Source: Perkinsus chesapeaki ATCC PRA-425 (taxonomy: Eukaryota; Protista; Perkinsozoa). Taken from it: a DNA stretch of 64,000 nucleotides. The notes beneath the pieces were generated by a model. That model was not told where the DNA came from. It made no database searches and was given only the letters and a program-made list of their open reading frames with translations. Both the position numbers and the translations under genes were made by a program. The stretch is taken from the NCBI GenBank assembly GCA_013115145.1, contig JAAPAO010000103.1, forward strand, positions 1 to 64,000. The letters run 5' to 3'. Positions 36,001-49,900 of the stretch are shown here, piece after piece. Position 1 is the first letter of the stretch. Every line of letters starts with the position of its first letter.

Positions 36001-37052
36001 GGTGGCATCATCATCATCAGATAATGGTGGTAGTAGTGGTACATTACTACCCCCACTAGTTGTGAATTCTGGTTTAACTAATAATAATCCAATAGTAAAG
36101 AGGAGTAGATCTTGGAGAGTTGAAGCATTATATGATACTAATGTACAGAAAGTATTGGATAAAATGAAGATAAGGCAGAATGAATATCATAGAAAGTTAG
36201 AAGATGCAATAAATAAAAGAAAAGGGTTATTAAATGATATAACAAGTGATAAGTTAAATGCTATACTACGACAATTAAATGCATTAAGTGATAAAGTAGA
36301 AGAGGCAAGTATTATGATTGATGAAAGATGGAAAGATAGGATAAGATGGCAAAAGCAGAAGAGACAGGATACAGCAATAGCGAAGGCAAGTAGGAAAAGG
36401 AAGATAGCTTTTCAAAAAGGAGGAATACTCAATAACCCTAATAATACAAAGTTGGAATCTGTAATAGAAGATAGTAGTAGTGATATAATATATAATGATA
36501 ATATAAAATATATGATAGCAAATAATGATGATTATATAATTAATACACAATCATTATTATCATTATCAGGTAGTATGGTGGTAAATTATAGTTAATACAA
36601 TTAATTATTATTTTAGATGACCATTGGAGTTACTTTGAACAGTATCTACGACTTGATAATGATAATGCTACTACTACTGAGGGTGGTAGTAGTAATAATA
36701 ATAATACAGCAGCAGCACCTGGTGGTGGTAATAATGGTAGTAATAAGATGGATATTAGAAGAAGAAGGTTATCTGCCTTGGCTAACTGTCTTATGGATTT
36801 ACATAAAAGGGCTATAAATAGAATAGAAAGTATAGGGGGATGTAATGAGGCTATATTAATGTTGATGGAAGATGATAATAACAATGAGAATGGCAATGAT
36901 GATAGTAGTAGTAAGGATATAGGAAGTAGGATGTTAATAACCATTTAGATGATAATAATAATTATAATGAAGATGATGATGATGGTGATGAATTATATTA
37001 TGATGATGATGGTAATAACAATAATAATATGAAATAGTTCTTCTTCTTCTTC

Positions 37053-37108
<56 letters not shown>

Positions 37109-37980
37109 AGAGAATGAAGAAGTATTGAGTAAGTATTGTGAAGTACTTGTATTAGCATCACAACGTATGCATATATTATTATGTATTATGAAAGCATTAG
37201 CTTGGGAAAAGAGGATGAGAAGGTAATAATAATAAAGAGAAGGAGAAAAAGAAGAAGAGGGATATTATTAATAGTCTACCACCTTATGGCTCATCTAACA
37301 ACAACAATATACTATATGATAGATCAATAGGAATATCATTTGAAGATCATATTTATAAATGGTTTGATACTGAATTACAAATAGCTAAAGCATCTGCTCA
37401 AGAATACTCTCATATATGTGTTGATCATGTAAGTGTTGTTGTATCCCTTAACCCGGATATTATAGAACTACTACTTACTATTATTATTGATAATCAGATA
37501 CATGATTTATTAACATCAATTGATAATACATATAGCAGCCCCCTTCCACGGAGATTATTACAAAATGTTGAATCATCTGCTCAAGCTTATAGTCATCATC
37601 TTAATGCTTTAACACAATTCTTGGATAACTCAGATGCCCCTATTGGTGAAGAGGGTTTACCATTACTTTGGTTATTACATGAATTAGAACAATTTAAACT
37701 GAATTCATCAATAAAAATAAAGCAGCATATAGGTGAAGATATTAAAAGATCATGTGCTTTAATAAGGCTAATATTATTATTAATACCATCTGGGGAATAT
37801 CGATATCATAATCACCGATATAATAATAATAAAGGAGTATTAAAGGGTACACCAAGTATAATAACGTATCCACATAGTGGTACTCTAATAGAAGGAAGGA
37901 AAAAAGGATATTATAATGAAGATTATGATGATGATGATAAGGAGAATTGTATAGATAATAATATTATGAGAATATCATAA
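33061..37980 (+). CDS. RNI-like LRR protein with long low-complexity/coiled-coil C-terminus (may be two genes)
   Basis: LRRs LQRLSLANCQLSDKGL, LDTLCIAKNRL, LREVSISNN, LLDIGRNPL in 33666-34214. Downstream exons are only loosely joined. Confidence 0.55.
37038..37108 (+). repeat. (TTC)n(TTG)n microsatellite directly before an AG
   Basis: Directly visible. Confidence 0.9.
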
Positions 37981-38283
37981 TAATGTTCACAATATTTACT
38001 AGTATGTGCATTTAATTAATTTAACAACATTTATCATAATGTAAACTACTACTACTAGTATTATTATTATTATTACCGTTAATTACGGTATGAGTTGACT
38101 TAACATCATCATTAGTAGTATTAGTAGTAGCTGTAGTATAACAACATTATTATTGTTATATTATCTCCTCCTTTTTCTGCTATATGCTGCTGCTGCATGA
38201 TGTCATTATATCCCCCATTATAAATTGATGTATTGGGTTTATTAATAATATATATTAATTAAGACTTATACTTTATTATTATT

Positions 38284-41200
38284 ATGACTACTACTACTAC
38301 CTCCTCTTCTTATCTTGGTAATCCTTTAACACATGTTGATATTGATGAAATTGATAGGGTACAGTTGGAAGAACGAAATGAAAGGTAGTAGTAGTAAGGT
38401 AGCAGCATCTGATAATAATAATAGTCGTAATGATTAGTGTTATTATTATTATTATTGTTATATAGTCATTGTTCTACTGGAGCATATCTTACATCAAAGC
38501 AGAGACAGACTATAAAAGCATCTAAACCATGGGAACAAGTAGTTACAGATGAAGAAGGTAGAAGGAGATTTCATGGAGCATTTACAGGAGGATTTAGTGC
38601 TGGGTAACAACGATAATAATAATACATATTAAAATAGGTTAGGTATTATGGTGTAGGTATTATAATACAGTAGGGACAAAGGAAGGTTGGACACCATCAA
38701 CATTTGTTAGTAGTAGATCATCATCATCTTATAAGAATCACGATAATGATAATGATAGAAGACAAAAGAGACATCAAAAGGTGATAATAGAGAAGGACAA
38801 GGAGAAGAAGGGGGGCAGGTTGGTTATTAGTAATAATCAGATTAGTGATTTCATGGATGATGAGGATTATAATGAGGGTATTGGTAAAGAATATGATGCG
38901 GGAGCTATAACAACTACAACATATGATGATGATGATGCTGGTGGTGGTGGTAGTGGTGGTATTGAAGTTAGAGATAGGGTAAGTAGGGAGAAGGGAGAAG
39001 GGAGAGGAGAAGGATTACATGACGACACTGATTGGGGTCGGCAGGTTGGATTATCAATAATGAAGAATCAAGGATGGAGAGAAGGAACACTTGTTGGGGA
39101 AATATCTAATAATAGATTATTATTTAATAATAAAGATGATAATGATGAGAATAGAAAAAGAAAGTAATAAGTTAATATCATTAATATCATCATGAATACG
39201 TTTATTATCATCAATAATAGTAGGGTGTACACATTCTCATCATTACCACCAAATATACAAAAGACTAGATTTAACTACCAAGACTTAAATACATATGAAG
39301 ATGATGGAGAAGGGGAGGAAGAAGAGGAAAGGATACATAATAATATTATAGCTATTCATCGTTGGGTTGATAGAATGGTTAATGATGGTGGTGATCATAA
39401 AGATAATATGCATGGCATTGGGTAACATAATAATAATAATGTTATATAGTAGTATAATAGTATTTAGATATAGTGGTACATTAAGAAGTGAAGTGGGGAG
39501 AACAACAAGAACACATAACGAAACATCATCATTATCATCATCACCCGCAAATGAACTATTATCATCTATCTTTGGAGATGATGATGATGCGAGAAATGAA
39601 ATGAAATCATCAAATAGAAGACAAGGTGGTGGGCTGCTACGGCAGAAGCAGCAGGTGAAACATAATAGTATGATAATACCAAATAAATCTACTCAAGCTG
39701 TTGGGGCTTTTGGTATTGGTAAGTAATAGTTAAGATTATAAGTAGTAGTAGTAGTAGGTGTTAATTATTAGGTGTATTTGATGAAGCTGATGGTGGTGAT
39801 GGGTATGATATTGACGTATATGATGATGAAGGGAATGACTATTATCAAGGAGGATATAAAAATAAAACATATTCTACAACTGTTGTGGAGATAGATGATG
39901 ATGATGGAGATGGAGTTAGTGTTGTTAGGATGGCTGATAATAATAATAGATTAAAGGGGAAATCACATAATGGTAGAAATAATAATATGATAAAGATAGA
40001 TGATAAAGTGCAAGGAATAGAGGTTGGTTAATATTATTGTTGTGATAGGGTATAATACTATTATTATGTTAGGTTGTTGATTTAATAAATGATGATAATG
40101 AAAGGAAGAGAGGACAAAAGCGTGATAATCATAATCGAAGTACATCGAGTGAACCATCTAATAATAATGATATATATAATAATAAAAGAAGTAAAATAAG
40201 AAATAAGAATTATATTTATAATAATAACGATGATACGCTTGATGGCATGTTTACTGTAATATTGATATTATTATACGTTTAATATAACAATTATAGGCAT
40301 CCAACTCAGCATCATCATCATCAACATCGAGTATTATTGATAATAATGATATTATAATATCATCGTTGATTCCTGAACCACCCAGTGTACCTAAAGGTTT
40401 CAGAAGTCATCTCCACGTAATAATAATATAATCCTGTCTCATCATGATCATAGTATATATTATAATTAGATACCATCATCATCATCGAATGATGATGGCA
40501 CCTTTAGAGATACATCACCGGAGTATCAAAGATTGATTAAATGGTTAAGGGATAATTCAACATCAACATCATCATCAAATAATAATCACGATAATAATAA
40601 TAAAGCAATGACTATGAAAGAGAGGAGTAATATAATATCTGGAAAAGAAGGATGGTGTTCAAATAATAAATCAGTAGTACTATCATTTACTTCTTCTTCT
40701 TCTTGTTATTGTAATTGGTATATTCCCTTACGGTCAGGTAATAGAAGCTCGGACGACCCATTTATCATCATCACACAATAATAAGGGAGGAGGAGGGGCG
40801 CTATGGTCGAATGTTGATGATGCAGTAATCTGATTGTTGTGGATATATGATTATCATTACTGTTATTATTAATAAGGTCAGACGAGAAGCTTTATTGGCA
40901 GCAGTGGGTGGTAGAACTATTAATATGCATAAAGAATCATCAACAACAACATCTTCGTCGAGCAGTTTATCGTTGGAAGTTTTCAATGGTGATCCTGATA
41001 AGCGTCGACGATATGAGATATTCTGTAATCAAATGGCAAGTGGTGCACCAACATTATCAGCACATTGTAAGTTGATATATTATTATTAATCATTCACTTA
41101 TTAGGTAATGTTAACTTTAAGGAACTCAAAGAATTTACTAAATTATATGAGAGCATTAATAATGAGGATTCAGCAGGAAGCAGCAGCAGCAGGCATGGTA

Positions 41201-41799
41201 AAGATAAGAAGGTCACCAATGAGATTGATGATGAAACTACATCTTATGAATCGAATAATAATCTAACAACACCGGCGGCTCAGATTGCAGAGGCTTTGAA
41301 AATACTTCAACCGAGTAAACATGTCGAATGCAATTGGAAAGCTGAACCGTTAGTTTGTAAGTATTAATATGAATATTATTAACAGTATCATTACTAAAAG
41401 GTAAACGATTTGGATGTCCTGATCCGTGGAGGCATAAGAAGTTCTACGATGATTCTTATGAGGCATTGAACAAAGGGCAGAGGAGTCGTTGGGCTGGTGG
41501 TAAGGATCGTTATAATAGAAGATATAAACAACAACAACAAAGAGATGATGATAAAGGTTTGTTATAATAATATACCTCCTCAATAATCGATTGACCATCT
41601 AGGTTCACATCGGGGACAATTTAAGGAAGACTTGATGAAGAGCAGCCGAATGAATGAAGAAGATTCATCGACTATGCAGCATTCTCCTCCTCCTTCGTGT
41701 TATGAACCATCAATTATCTTACAAGCTGATGAGCTACTGCCAACTAAGGCATCCCGAAAACCACCACAAGACTTATTTACAGATATTTTCGGTGATTAA
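38284..41799 (+). CDS. GPATCH1: G-patch domain-containing protein 1 (TGH-like splicing factor), multi-exon
   Basis: [39 protein letters not shown] signature, G-patch ([13 protein letters not shown]), [16 protein letters not shown] and DLFTDIF. Confidence 0.88.
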
Positions 41800-42049
41800 T
41801 AATAATACAATATTGTGTTATTCAGTAACTTTGTTTCAACATAATCGGCAACAGTACAATTGCATTCATTATCATACCACATATGATTGGAAGTACGCAG
41901 ATGCACTTGACAACACAATACGTTGTTAATAGAAAGTTTGATAATATACCAACGAATGGATGATGAGGATGATGATGACAGATTGATCGTCATCATCAAT
42001 CATTCATGGTATTTGTTAATTTCTTTTGATTTTTGTTTTTATCTTCTCT

Positions 42050-42771
42050 TAATAATACGCAAGTATCTGTTTAAGTGTCATTCCTTCACATACCTCATAC
42101 ATTTACTTCAATACCTTTTTTCTAATTTAATCAAATCATATTCAATCTTATTGTATATGTCATCTCTCGTTGCTGCGACTTTATCAGTGATTGTTGTCTG
42201 GTTCGTTGTTGATGATAATGGATGTTCATGATGTTCAGTAATAACTGATGATATGATATAACATTAACTATATACAATATACTGATTACCCGGCGGCGGC
42301 GGTGGCTTGAAGATATTATTATTGCAGCATTCTCGTGATGAATTTACCAACTCATCGATACGTTTAAGTTCGTTATTTAAACCTGTTACTCTAACTAACT
42401 TATTATAGGATATTATTAGTTATATGGTTATATGATGTTACTAGTCAGTTCATTGTAAGTATCCGCAATGTTGCATCTTTCTCTACTATTCATATCTTCT
42501 ACTGCATCATCACTTTCTATCAATGATACCATCGTAACATATGGATGACTATCACTATCATCATCATCATCATCATCATCCTCCTTAGTAGTAGTAGTAG
42601 CAGCATTATCAAAAGTAATATTATCAAAATAGCTTGATATACGAGGTATACCTTCAACTTATGTATACTTCATTATTAACTAGTATGCTGCTATACTTCA
42701 CTACTACTACCTCGTTCTTCTCTTGCATTACGTTCTTTTATTAGTTTTTTTTGTAATGATAATAGTATCAT
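42050..42771 (-). CDS. Hypothetical small acidic/coiled-coil protein (3' end uncertain)
   Basis: AG-preceded ATG MILLSLQKKLIKERNAREER followed by GT-AG-joined open exons. Confidence 0.4.
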
Positions 42772-43006
42772 CCTATAGTCATTGTCGTTATCAAGATTAT
42801 TGTTGTCTTTAATCGTTGGAGTGGCCTTGAATGGTAGTATCATGATTGGTTAATATACTGGAGGTAGGTTTGGCACATACAGTATTAATAATAAACAATG
42901 ATGAGTTATGATAACAACGCTTAGGAATGATAATGATGCAGAAATGATGACATTTACTATGATGATGATGATTGATGTATTTTACTAATATCATGTTTCA
43001 CTAATA

Positions 43007-44142
43007 TCATGATTTATAACATTTTCTATATGTAACCTTCGTATTCGAGAGTGGTGGATGTAATGAGAAGCCAGGCATACAACTTGTACATTGATATCTA
43101 ATAATTAATATTAACACTAACATCAATACTACTAGCAGCTTCATTAGTAGTCATGCCTCCTACTATGCATTACCTATCTATACATGTTTGGCATCCTGTT
43201 GGACATTGTATTATCATATGATCTTCACCATACCTACTATTTACATAATAGTACACTTCTAATCTTTTCAATTCTCCCTCCCTCTTTTGCTTTTTTACAT
43301 TCTAAAATAATTATCATAACCTCGTTGTGTTTTTGGTATACAATAACCACTATTAGTTCTTCCTATTGTATAATCCATTATAACAAAATGACCAGTATTA
43401 AAACATGATGTACAAGTTGTATCATACCTGTTATTATCATTATACCATCTATATTACTACTACTTATTATCATATTACTATTACTACTTGGTAAAACAAG
43501 ATCTACACTCGGGATGACATGGTTGACACCCCTCATCAACCGTACCGTATGTTGAATCAACTTGACAATTAAATCTAATAATAATAACACCCAATATTAC
43601 TATTATTATTATAGTTGTATATTATCATACATGCATATTTTCCTAAAATCATGTATATAATTATCAGTACATGCATCACATTCATATCTAATAATAAATA
43701 TATAATAATAATACTCTATATTATGATAACATCATTACTGTTCATTTCCGTGACATTCATCACAATTTAATGGGCAATTATAACAATCATATCCTTTACG
43801 AAATGTACCCTCACCACAGTTACTTATATCAATACATTTATCACACCATAATTCATAACCATTCTAATAATAATTAATATACTGAATCAACGAATGTAAT
43901 AATTATTATAATATCACTTCACATTTATGAGTTCTCCATCTTTTATCATGATCTTGAAGATGACACCCTTTATCCATTGACACGTGACTTATTGATGTTA
44001 TAATATTATTATTATTATTATCACATTCTCTTCTATTTAATAAAGTTACATATATTGGTAATACTGATGATAATAATAATATTATGGTATTTAATAGTGA
44101 TGCAGTATTGTATAGTAGTAGTCGTGGTGGTGGTGTTTGCAT
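43007..44142 (-). CDS. Secreted furin-like (FU/CxxC) cysteine-rich repeat protein, multi-exon
   Basis: N-terminal hydrophobic stretch; repeats CGEGTF..CYNCPLNCDEC, CQPCHPECRSC, CPTGCQTC, CTSCMPGF. Confidence 0.65.
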
Positions 44143-44698
44143 GTCCTAATTGGATGATACTTATAATAGAGATTAACAACAACACCCCAACAACAAAAAC
44201 CCAAATTATAACAATATAACAAATGAAACATAATAATATTATTAAAGTTAACATGATGAAGTAGTAGTAGCAATAAGTGTATCATTATCACCTATATAGG
44301 TAATACTAATAATAATAATAATAAGTTGTTAAGGGAAGGGTTGATGATGATGTATTGGTGTAATTAGGTTGTTAGTGATATCAATAATGATAATAATAAT
44401 ATTATTATTATTAAACCAGTTATTAATACAATAACAACATCAACACAATAAAAGCTATGGGGATTACTTATTCTTCTCTATACTGCTTATTCTTATTCTT
44501 CCTGTATTTGTAAATTTTAAATTGTAAAAATAATATTAACAGTATACAAATAGGATATAAAAGTAACACATGAGTAGTAAGTCATCAAGTAACATCATTA
44601 TCATCATTATTAAAATGATGTATTATATTATTATTAATTATATCACTTGAATACCATGATATACCTAATATTAACAACAACAACATTGACAATAACAT

Positions 44699-46782
44699 CT
44701 ATCCGTTATCACCTCCTCCTCCTATACTTGTATCACTTCTTTTCCTTGATAATGATGTTGTTGTATGATTATTATTACTAATACGTATTTTCTTGTTTCT
44801 CCTTATAATAACATCATTATCATATTTGTAATCATCATAATTCCGGCTATCACTACTTTCATTACGCTCTTCTTCATCTTCACTACTATTACTATATTCA
44901 TTATTTCCCTTAATCATCATTATTTTATGATCATCATCAATATTATTATTTTTAGGTGTTAATGATACAACCTTCCTTGCCTGTGGTATAGGAGGCTTAT
45001 AATAACTATAATAACAACAACAAAAACAACACTAACAATAATAATATTATATATATCATTTACTACTACTACCTGCTATAACCACCACCACCACTACCAG
45101 TATCAGCAGCGGCAGCAGCAGCAGCACTATGATGATGATTATGGTTGTGCCACCGCCGCCCCAGTCCTCCTCCTTCTTCTTCTCCTGGTCCTTGTTTTAT
45201 CTTATTATTATTATCTAATGCACTGTCTTGTGTACTACTTGGTGGTAATGAACTTCCACCATAACCATATGCTTGACGTACATGTTGATGCAAACCAACA
45301 ACAAATTCAACAGCAGTAGCAGGTGCCTCATTGTCGTGCCCCTGTTGTTGTATTATTATTCCATTATTATTATCTATTAAAGGTTGTATTGTATTATTAT
45401 TACAATACCATCCATTATCGATATAAGAGGGATGGGTATATTGTATCACTGATTGTTCTTGTTGTTGTTGTTCTTGTTGTTGTTGTTGACTATTATTAAT
45501 ATTATCTTCCTGGGTTCCTAATATATAATAATAACATCATTAATTATTATTACTATTATTACCACCCAATTCTAATACAATATCCTTATGTCTGGATAAT
45601 GCCACCTTCGTTATATGGCGTATAATTGCTCGTTCAGTATATCTAATAACAATATATTAATAACAAGTGTTCAATAATAATAATACAATAATCTTTCATC
45701 CTCATTATTAATTATATTCCTTCTTTTATTATCTTTACTTAATCCATATCTAATCTTCATTATTACCCTATATATAATCCATATTCATATTACTACTTGC
45801 AATCTATCTTTCTCCCCCTCAACATTAGTTCTGTTTGACCATAACTTTTAATTTTATTATCATTATCTTTATTATTTATTATCATCATTTCACTTAGTAA
45901 TCTTCGTGCACCTTCTGGACAGGCATACTTAATAAAAGCATACCCTCTAGAATAACCATTATTATCCTTTACCTATCCATTATAATATTATTACTATTAT
46001 TATAATACTCATACTTACTATTTCCACTATATTTACTAAACCCCATTGACTTAAATAATCTCCTAAACTCTCAATAGTTTCATTATTATTGAATCCAGCT
46101 ATGAATACTTTACATTCATCACTGGCTCCATTTGGTAAAGTAGGTAATGGTAACTATTACCAACTAATAATATTATCAAGAGATAATAATAATCATCATT
46201 ATTATTATTACTGCATTAACATCACCTTGTATGTCATTAACACCTGCTCTTGTTTTAGCATAATCTACCTTTAATACTTCTAGACCACACTCTTTACGAC
46301 CCCTATCAATATATAATAACAATAACGACAACAACAGCGTTGTTGTTACTTAATATCTAATACTGATGCATCAGCACTTGAACCATTATAATACTGGATA
46401 AAAGCATAATTACCACCATTTACTTTTGACAAGTTTATTTTACTAATATCACCATATTTTGAAAAATAGTTAATTAATGCTTTATCGCTTCTCATATAGC
46501 GTGGTATATTACCAACATATCTGATATGACACTTTATTATATACTACTACTACAACAACAACACTAACATTATCAACCTTATCATTACATTCTTGTTGAT
46601 CTTAAACCAATTAGACTAGGAGGTGTTGATATATCATTAAATGAGATGCCATCTCCTCCTCCTGCTGCTGCTAATGATGATGATGATGATGACTGTGATA
46701 TCCTCCTTTCATCATCATCTTCTTCTTCTTGTCTCCTCTTTTCCCTTTTATATCCGTTCATCCATCTATCATTATTTGCCAT
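44699..46782 (-). CDS. Multi-RRM RNA-binding protein, multi-exon
   Basis: RNP2/RNP1 pairs RIYVGNIP..GNYAFIQY and KVFIAGF..RGYAFISM; Q-rich and acidic tail. Confidence 0.72.
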
Positions 46783-46906
46783 TACACCCTAATACATGTC
46801 CTTGCTATTAATAATCATCACTTAACACTAATTAACACTATTAATATTAAAGAAACTGAACATTTGTATTTATTCTTGTATTTCATCATTCTCACTCAAT
46901 CTACAC

Positions 46907-49900
46907 TTATTTCCTTTTGTGTGATTCAACCCCTTTTCGCCCATTAGTAGTAGCAGCAGCAGTTGATACTGTTCCCCCTCCTCCTCGTCGTCCTCCTGCT
47001 GATGATGATGATGCTTTAGCGGCAGCATTATCAATCCTCATCAGCTCTTCTTGTTCTTTCTGCTCTTTCATCCCTTTATATCTAATAATATACTAATAAT
47101 AATAAAGTAGCTGATTATTACTTTCTATACGCCCAGAAGGCCCCTATCATTAATAATGGACTGCTTAATACTATTGGTACTATTATTAATCCACCTATTG
47201 ATAATAATAATAGTTATTATTAAAGTAGTAGGTGTATATTACCAGACACATATAACATTGTCTTGAATAATGGTATAAAATCTTTACCTCTTGTCGATAA
47301 TAATGGTTTTATTGTTGATGCATAGAAAACCTTAGGTGCAAATATAGCTAATATTATTCTATCTAATAGGAATATACCAACAGTTGATGCCAATAACATA
47401 CCTAATAACGATCATAATACTAATACTATCACTATTGGTAATACTATTATTATTATTGTTGTTATTGTTAGTATTATTATTACCAAGAACCTTATTTCTC
47501 AAATCATTAGGTAATACCATTAGTTCTAAGAAATGATTTAATGGTGGTATTATACCACTTGCTAGTATAAATAAACCAGCAGCACATAAGAATGCTGATA
47601 GGAATAATGCCCTATTCTCAAGATATCCTTGCATCCATGGACGACCTTTATAGTTAACCACTAATACAGCTACTTGTTGTGCACTTTTAACAAGGAACAT
47701 AACTGTATTAAGTAGATTAGGTTTATAAGGTACCGATCTAATTACATATTATTATTATATAATAAGTAGTAGTATTATAGTTATATTACTTAAACATTGA
47801 GAATATATCATCGCCAAATCCACTCTCATCCATCATTTTATTTAACTTTTCATCTCTATTCCTTTCAAATTCATATAAGTCTTCTAATGCTTTATCACCT
47901 AATTATTATTCATTAATAATAATATAATAATTGTTGTTGTACTACTACCCATAGCAGTCTTTGCTAAATCCATTGCTTTAACTAATACATATAAATGTAC
48001 TGATACCTGGGCCATAACTGATAAGAATATAGCGGGATGAAATACTGATCTTATTGGTAATACGTCAGATAATCTAATAATGAATATATATTAACTTATA
48101 TAATAGTAATTATTATCACCTATCAGCCGGTTTAGCATAACTAAAGGCAATACTTGCTACCATTGTTAATAAACCCGAGAATATCAATTGTAATTCAGTT
48201 GGGTTACCACCCTCAACAGTTCCTGCTGCTAAAGTATATCTAATAATATATACGATAATAATAATACATCTTATTATTAATATTACGCGCTAACCATAGA
48301 ATCTAACATCATTATCTGCATCATTTGTACATTTAATAATAATGTACATCGACCCTGCCTTATTATTTGTATTACACTCCTTATACTAGGGGCTCTAGAT
48401 GTAAATGGTGCAGCAACTGATGCATCACCAAGTTGAACTACAGGTTTCATACCTATTAATAATAATCATTTACCATCCATATTATCATTAATAATAATAT
48501 TACCTTCTTGTGATTGTTCATCATTATTATTTTCCATTTGTTTTTGTGCATTTTCCATAACAGTTGCCATAAAGCCTCCTCCTTTACCTTTACTACCCCA
48601 AGCTGCATTAGTACCGTACTTCCCTTGTAGCTCCTTTTGTACCTTTAACCATCATTATTATCATATTCGTAATTATTACTATAATAATACTACTACCTTC
48701 GTTAACTCAGACCTCAGCCTTGCTGATGAATTCTTCATAGCTTGGAAGTATGTAGTAAAACCAACATTATCTTGATTATTATTAGTTAACTTATTTAATT
48801 CTTCTTGAAACCATTCTTGTTGATGTTGCATAATAACCTTAATAATATCATCTTTACTACTCCTCCCCTCCCCCCCCTCCGTATTATTACTTGTCTTCTT
48901 GCATTAAACTCAGTCTTATATTCTTTGGCTAATTGCCTTTCTCTCATCCCAAGTAACTTTTGATCTTCTTCTAATTTATCTTCAGCTGTTCCTTCACCTT
49001 CTAATAACTTATTATCACCGCCATTCGATGATGAAGACGCATTTGAATCACCAAAGCCCGATAATAATGCAACACCAACATCTGCTTGTTTTAATGCCCC
49101 AACATCATTACCACCATCACCACACATTAACGGATGCAACATATTATCACCACCAGTACCTTTATCTTCATTAGCTTCCTTTTTAACATAACGTACAACT
49201 TCCTCTTTTTGTTGTGGAGATACTCTAGCAAATACTTTAATAACATGTGCTGTCTTATATAATGTTTTATCACCTTCCTCTTCTAATTGGCTTAATACAT
49301 CACCTTTAGATTATAAATAATAATACTAATAATTATATTATTATTACCCCCAACTATTAGATCAGCTTTATTAGCTAATTGTCTTATATTATCATACGAT
49401 GCTGTGTAAGGGCAATATACCTCATCAGTTTTAATATCCTCCCATACTGATATTATTACAACCAATACTACTACTACCACTACTAGTATGATGATTATTA
49501 CTTCTATCCTTGGTTAACATTAATTTAGGTTTATTATATGATTGATCACTAAATATCCCAATCTCATTGGCTACATGTGCTGCTGTTAATGCCGAATCAC
49601 CAGTTAACATAATACAAGGCATTTTAGCATCACTTAGAGCCTATCATATTAATACACATTATATTTACTGCTGCTATTATTACTACTACCTTAAGTACAG
49701 TTGCTGTATCATTACGAAGATCACAAGCAAATGTTATAAAACCAGCAAAGTGTAGATCAGATTCAACATGTGATCTTGACCATTTATCGCACTACATAAT
49801 TATATCAACATTGCATTATATTATTATTATTATCTCTATTACATCCTGTGTACCTCCTTTAGCTGCCATTGCCAATACTCTCATACCTCTCTTTGCTAAT

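Noticed and set aside
42984-43011. 12-bp direct repeat (actaatatcatg x2) at the stop of the Cys-rich gene
   Set aside because: A small slippage-type duplication; removing it does not restore a longer frame.
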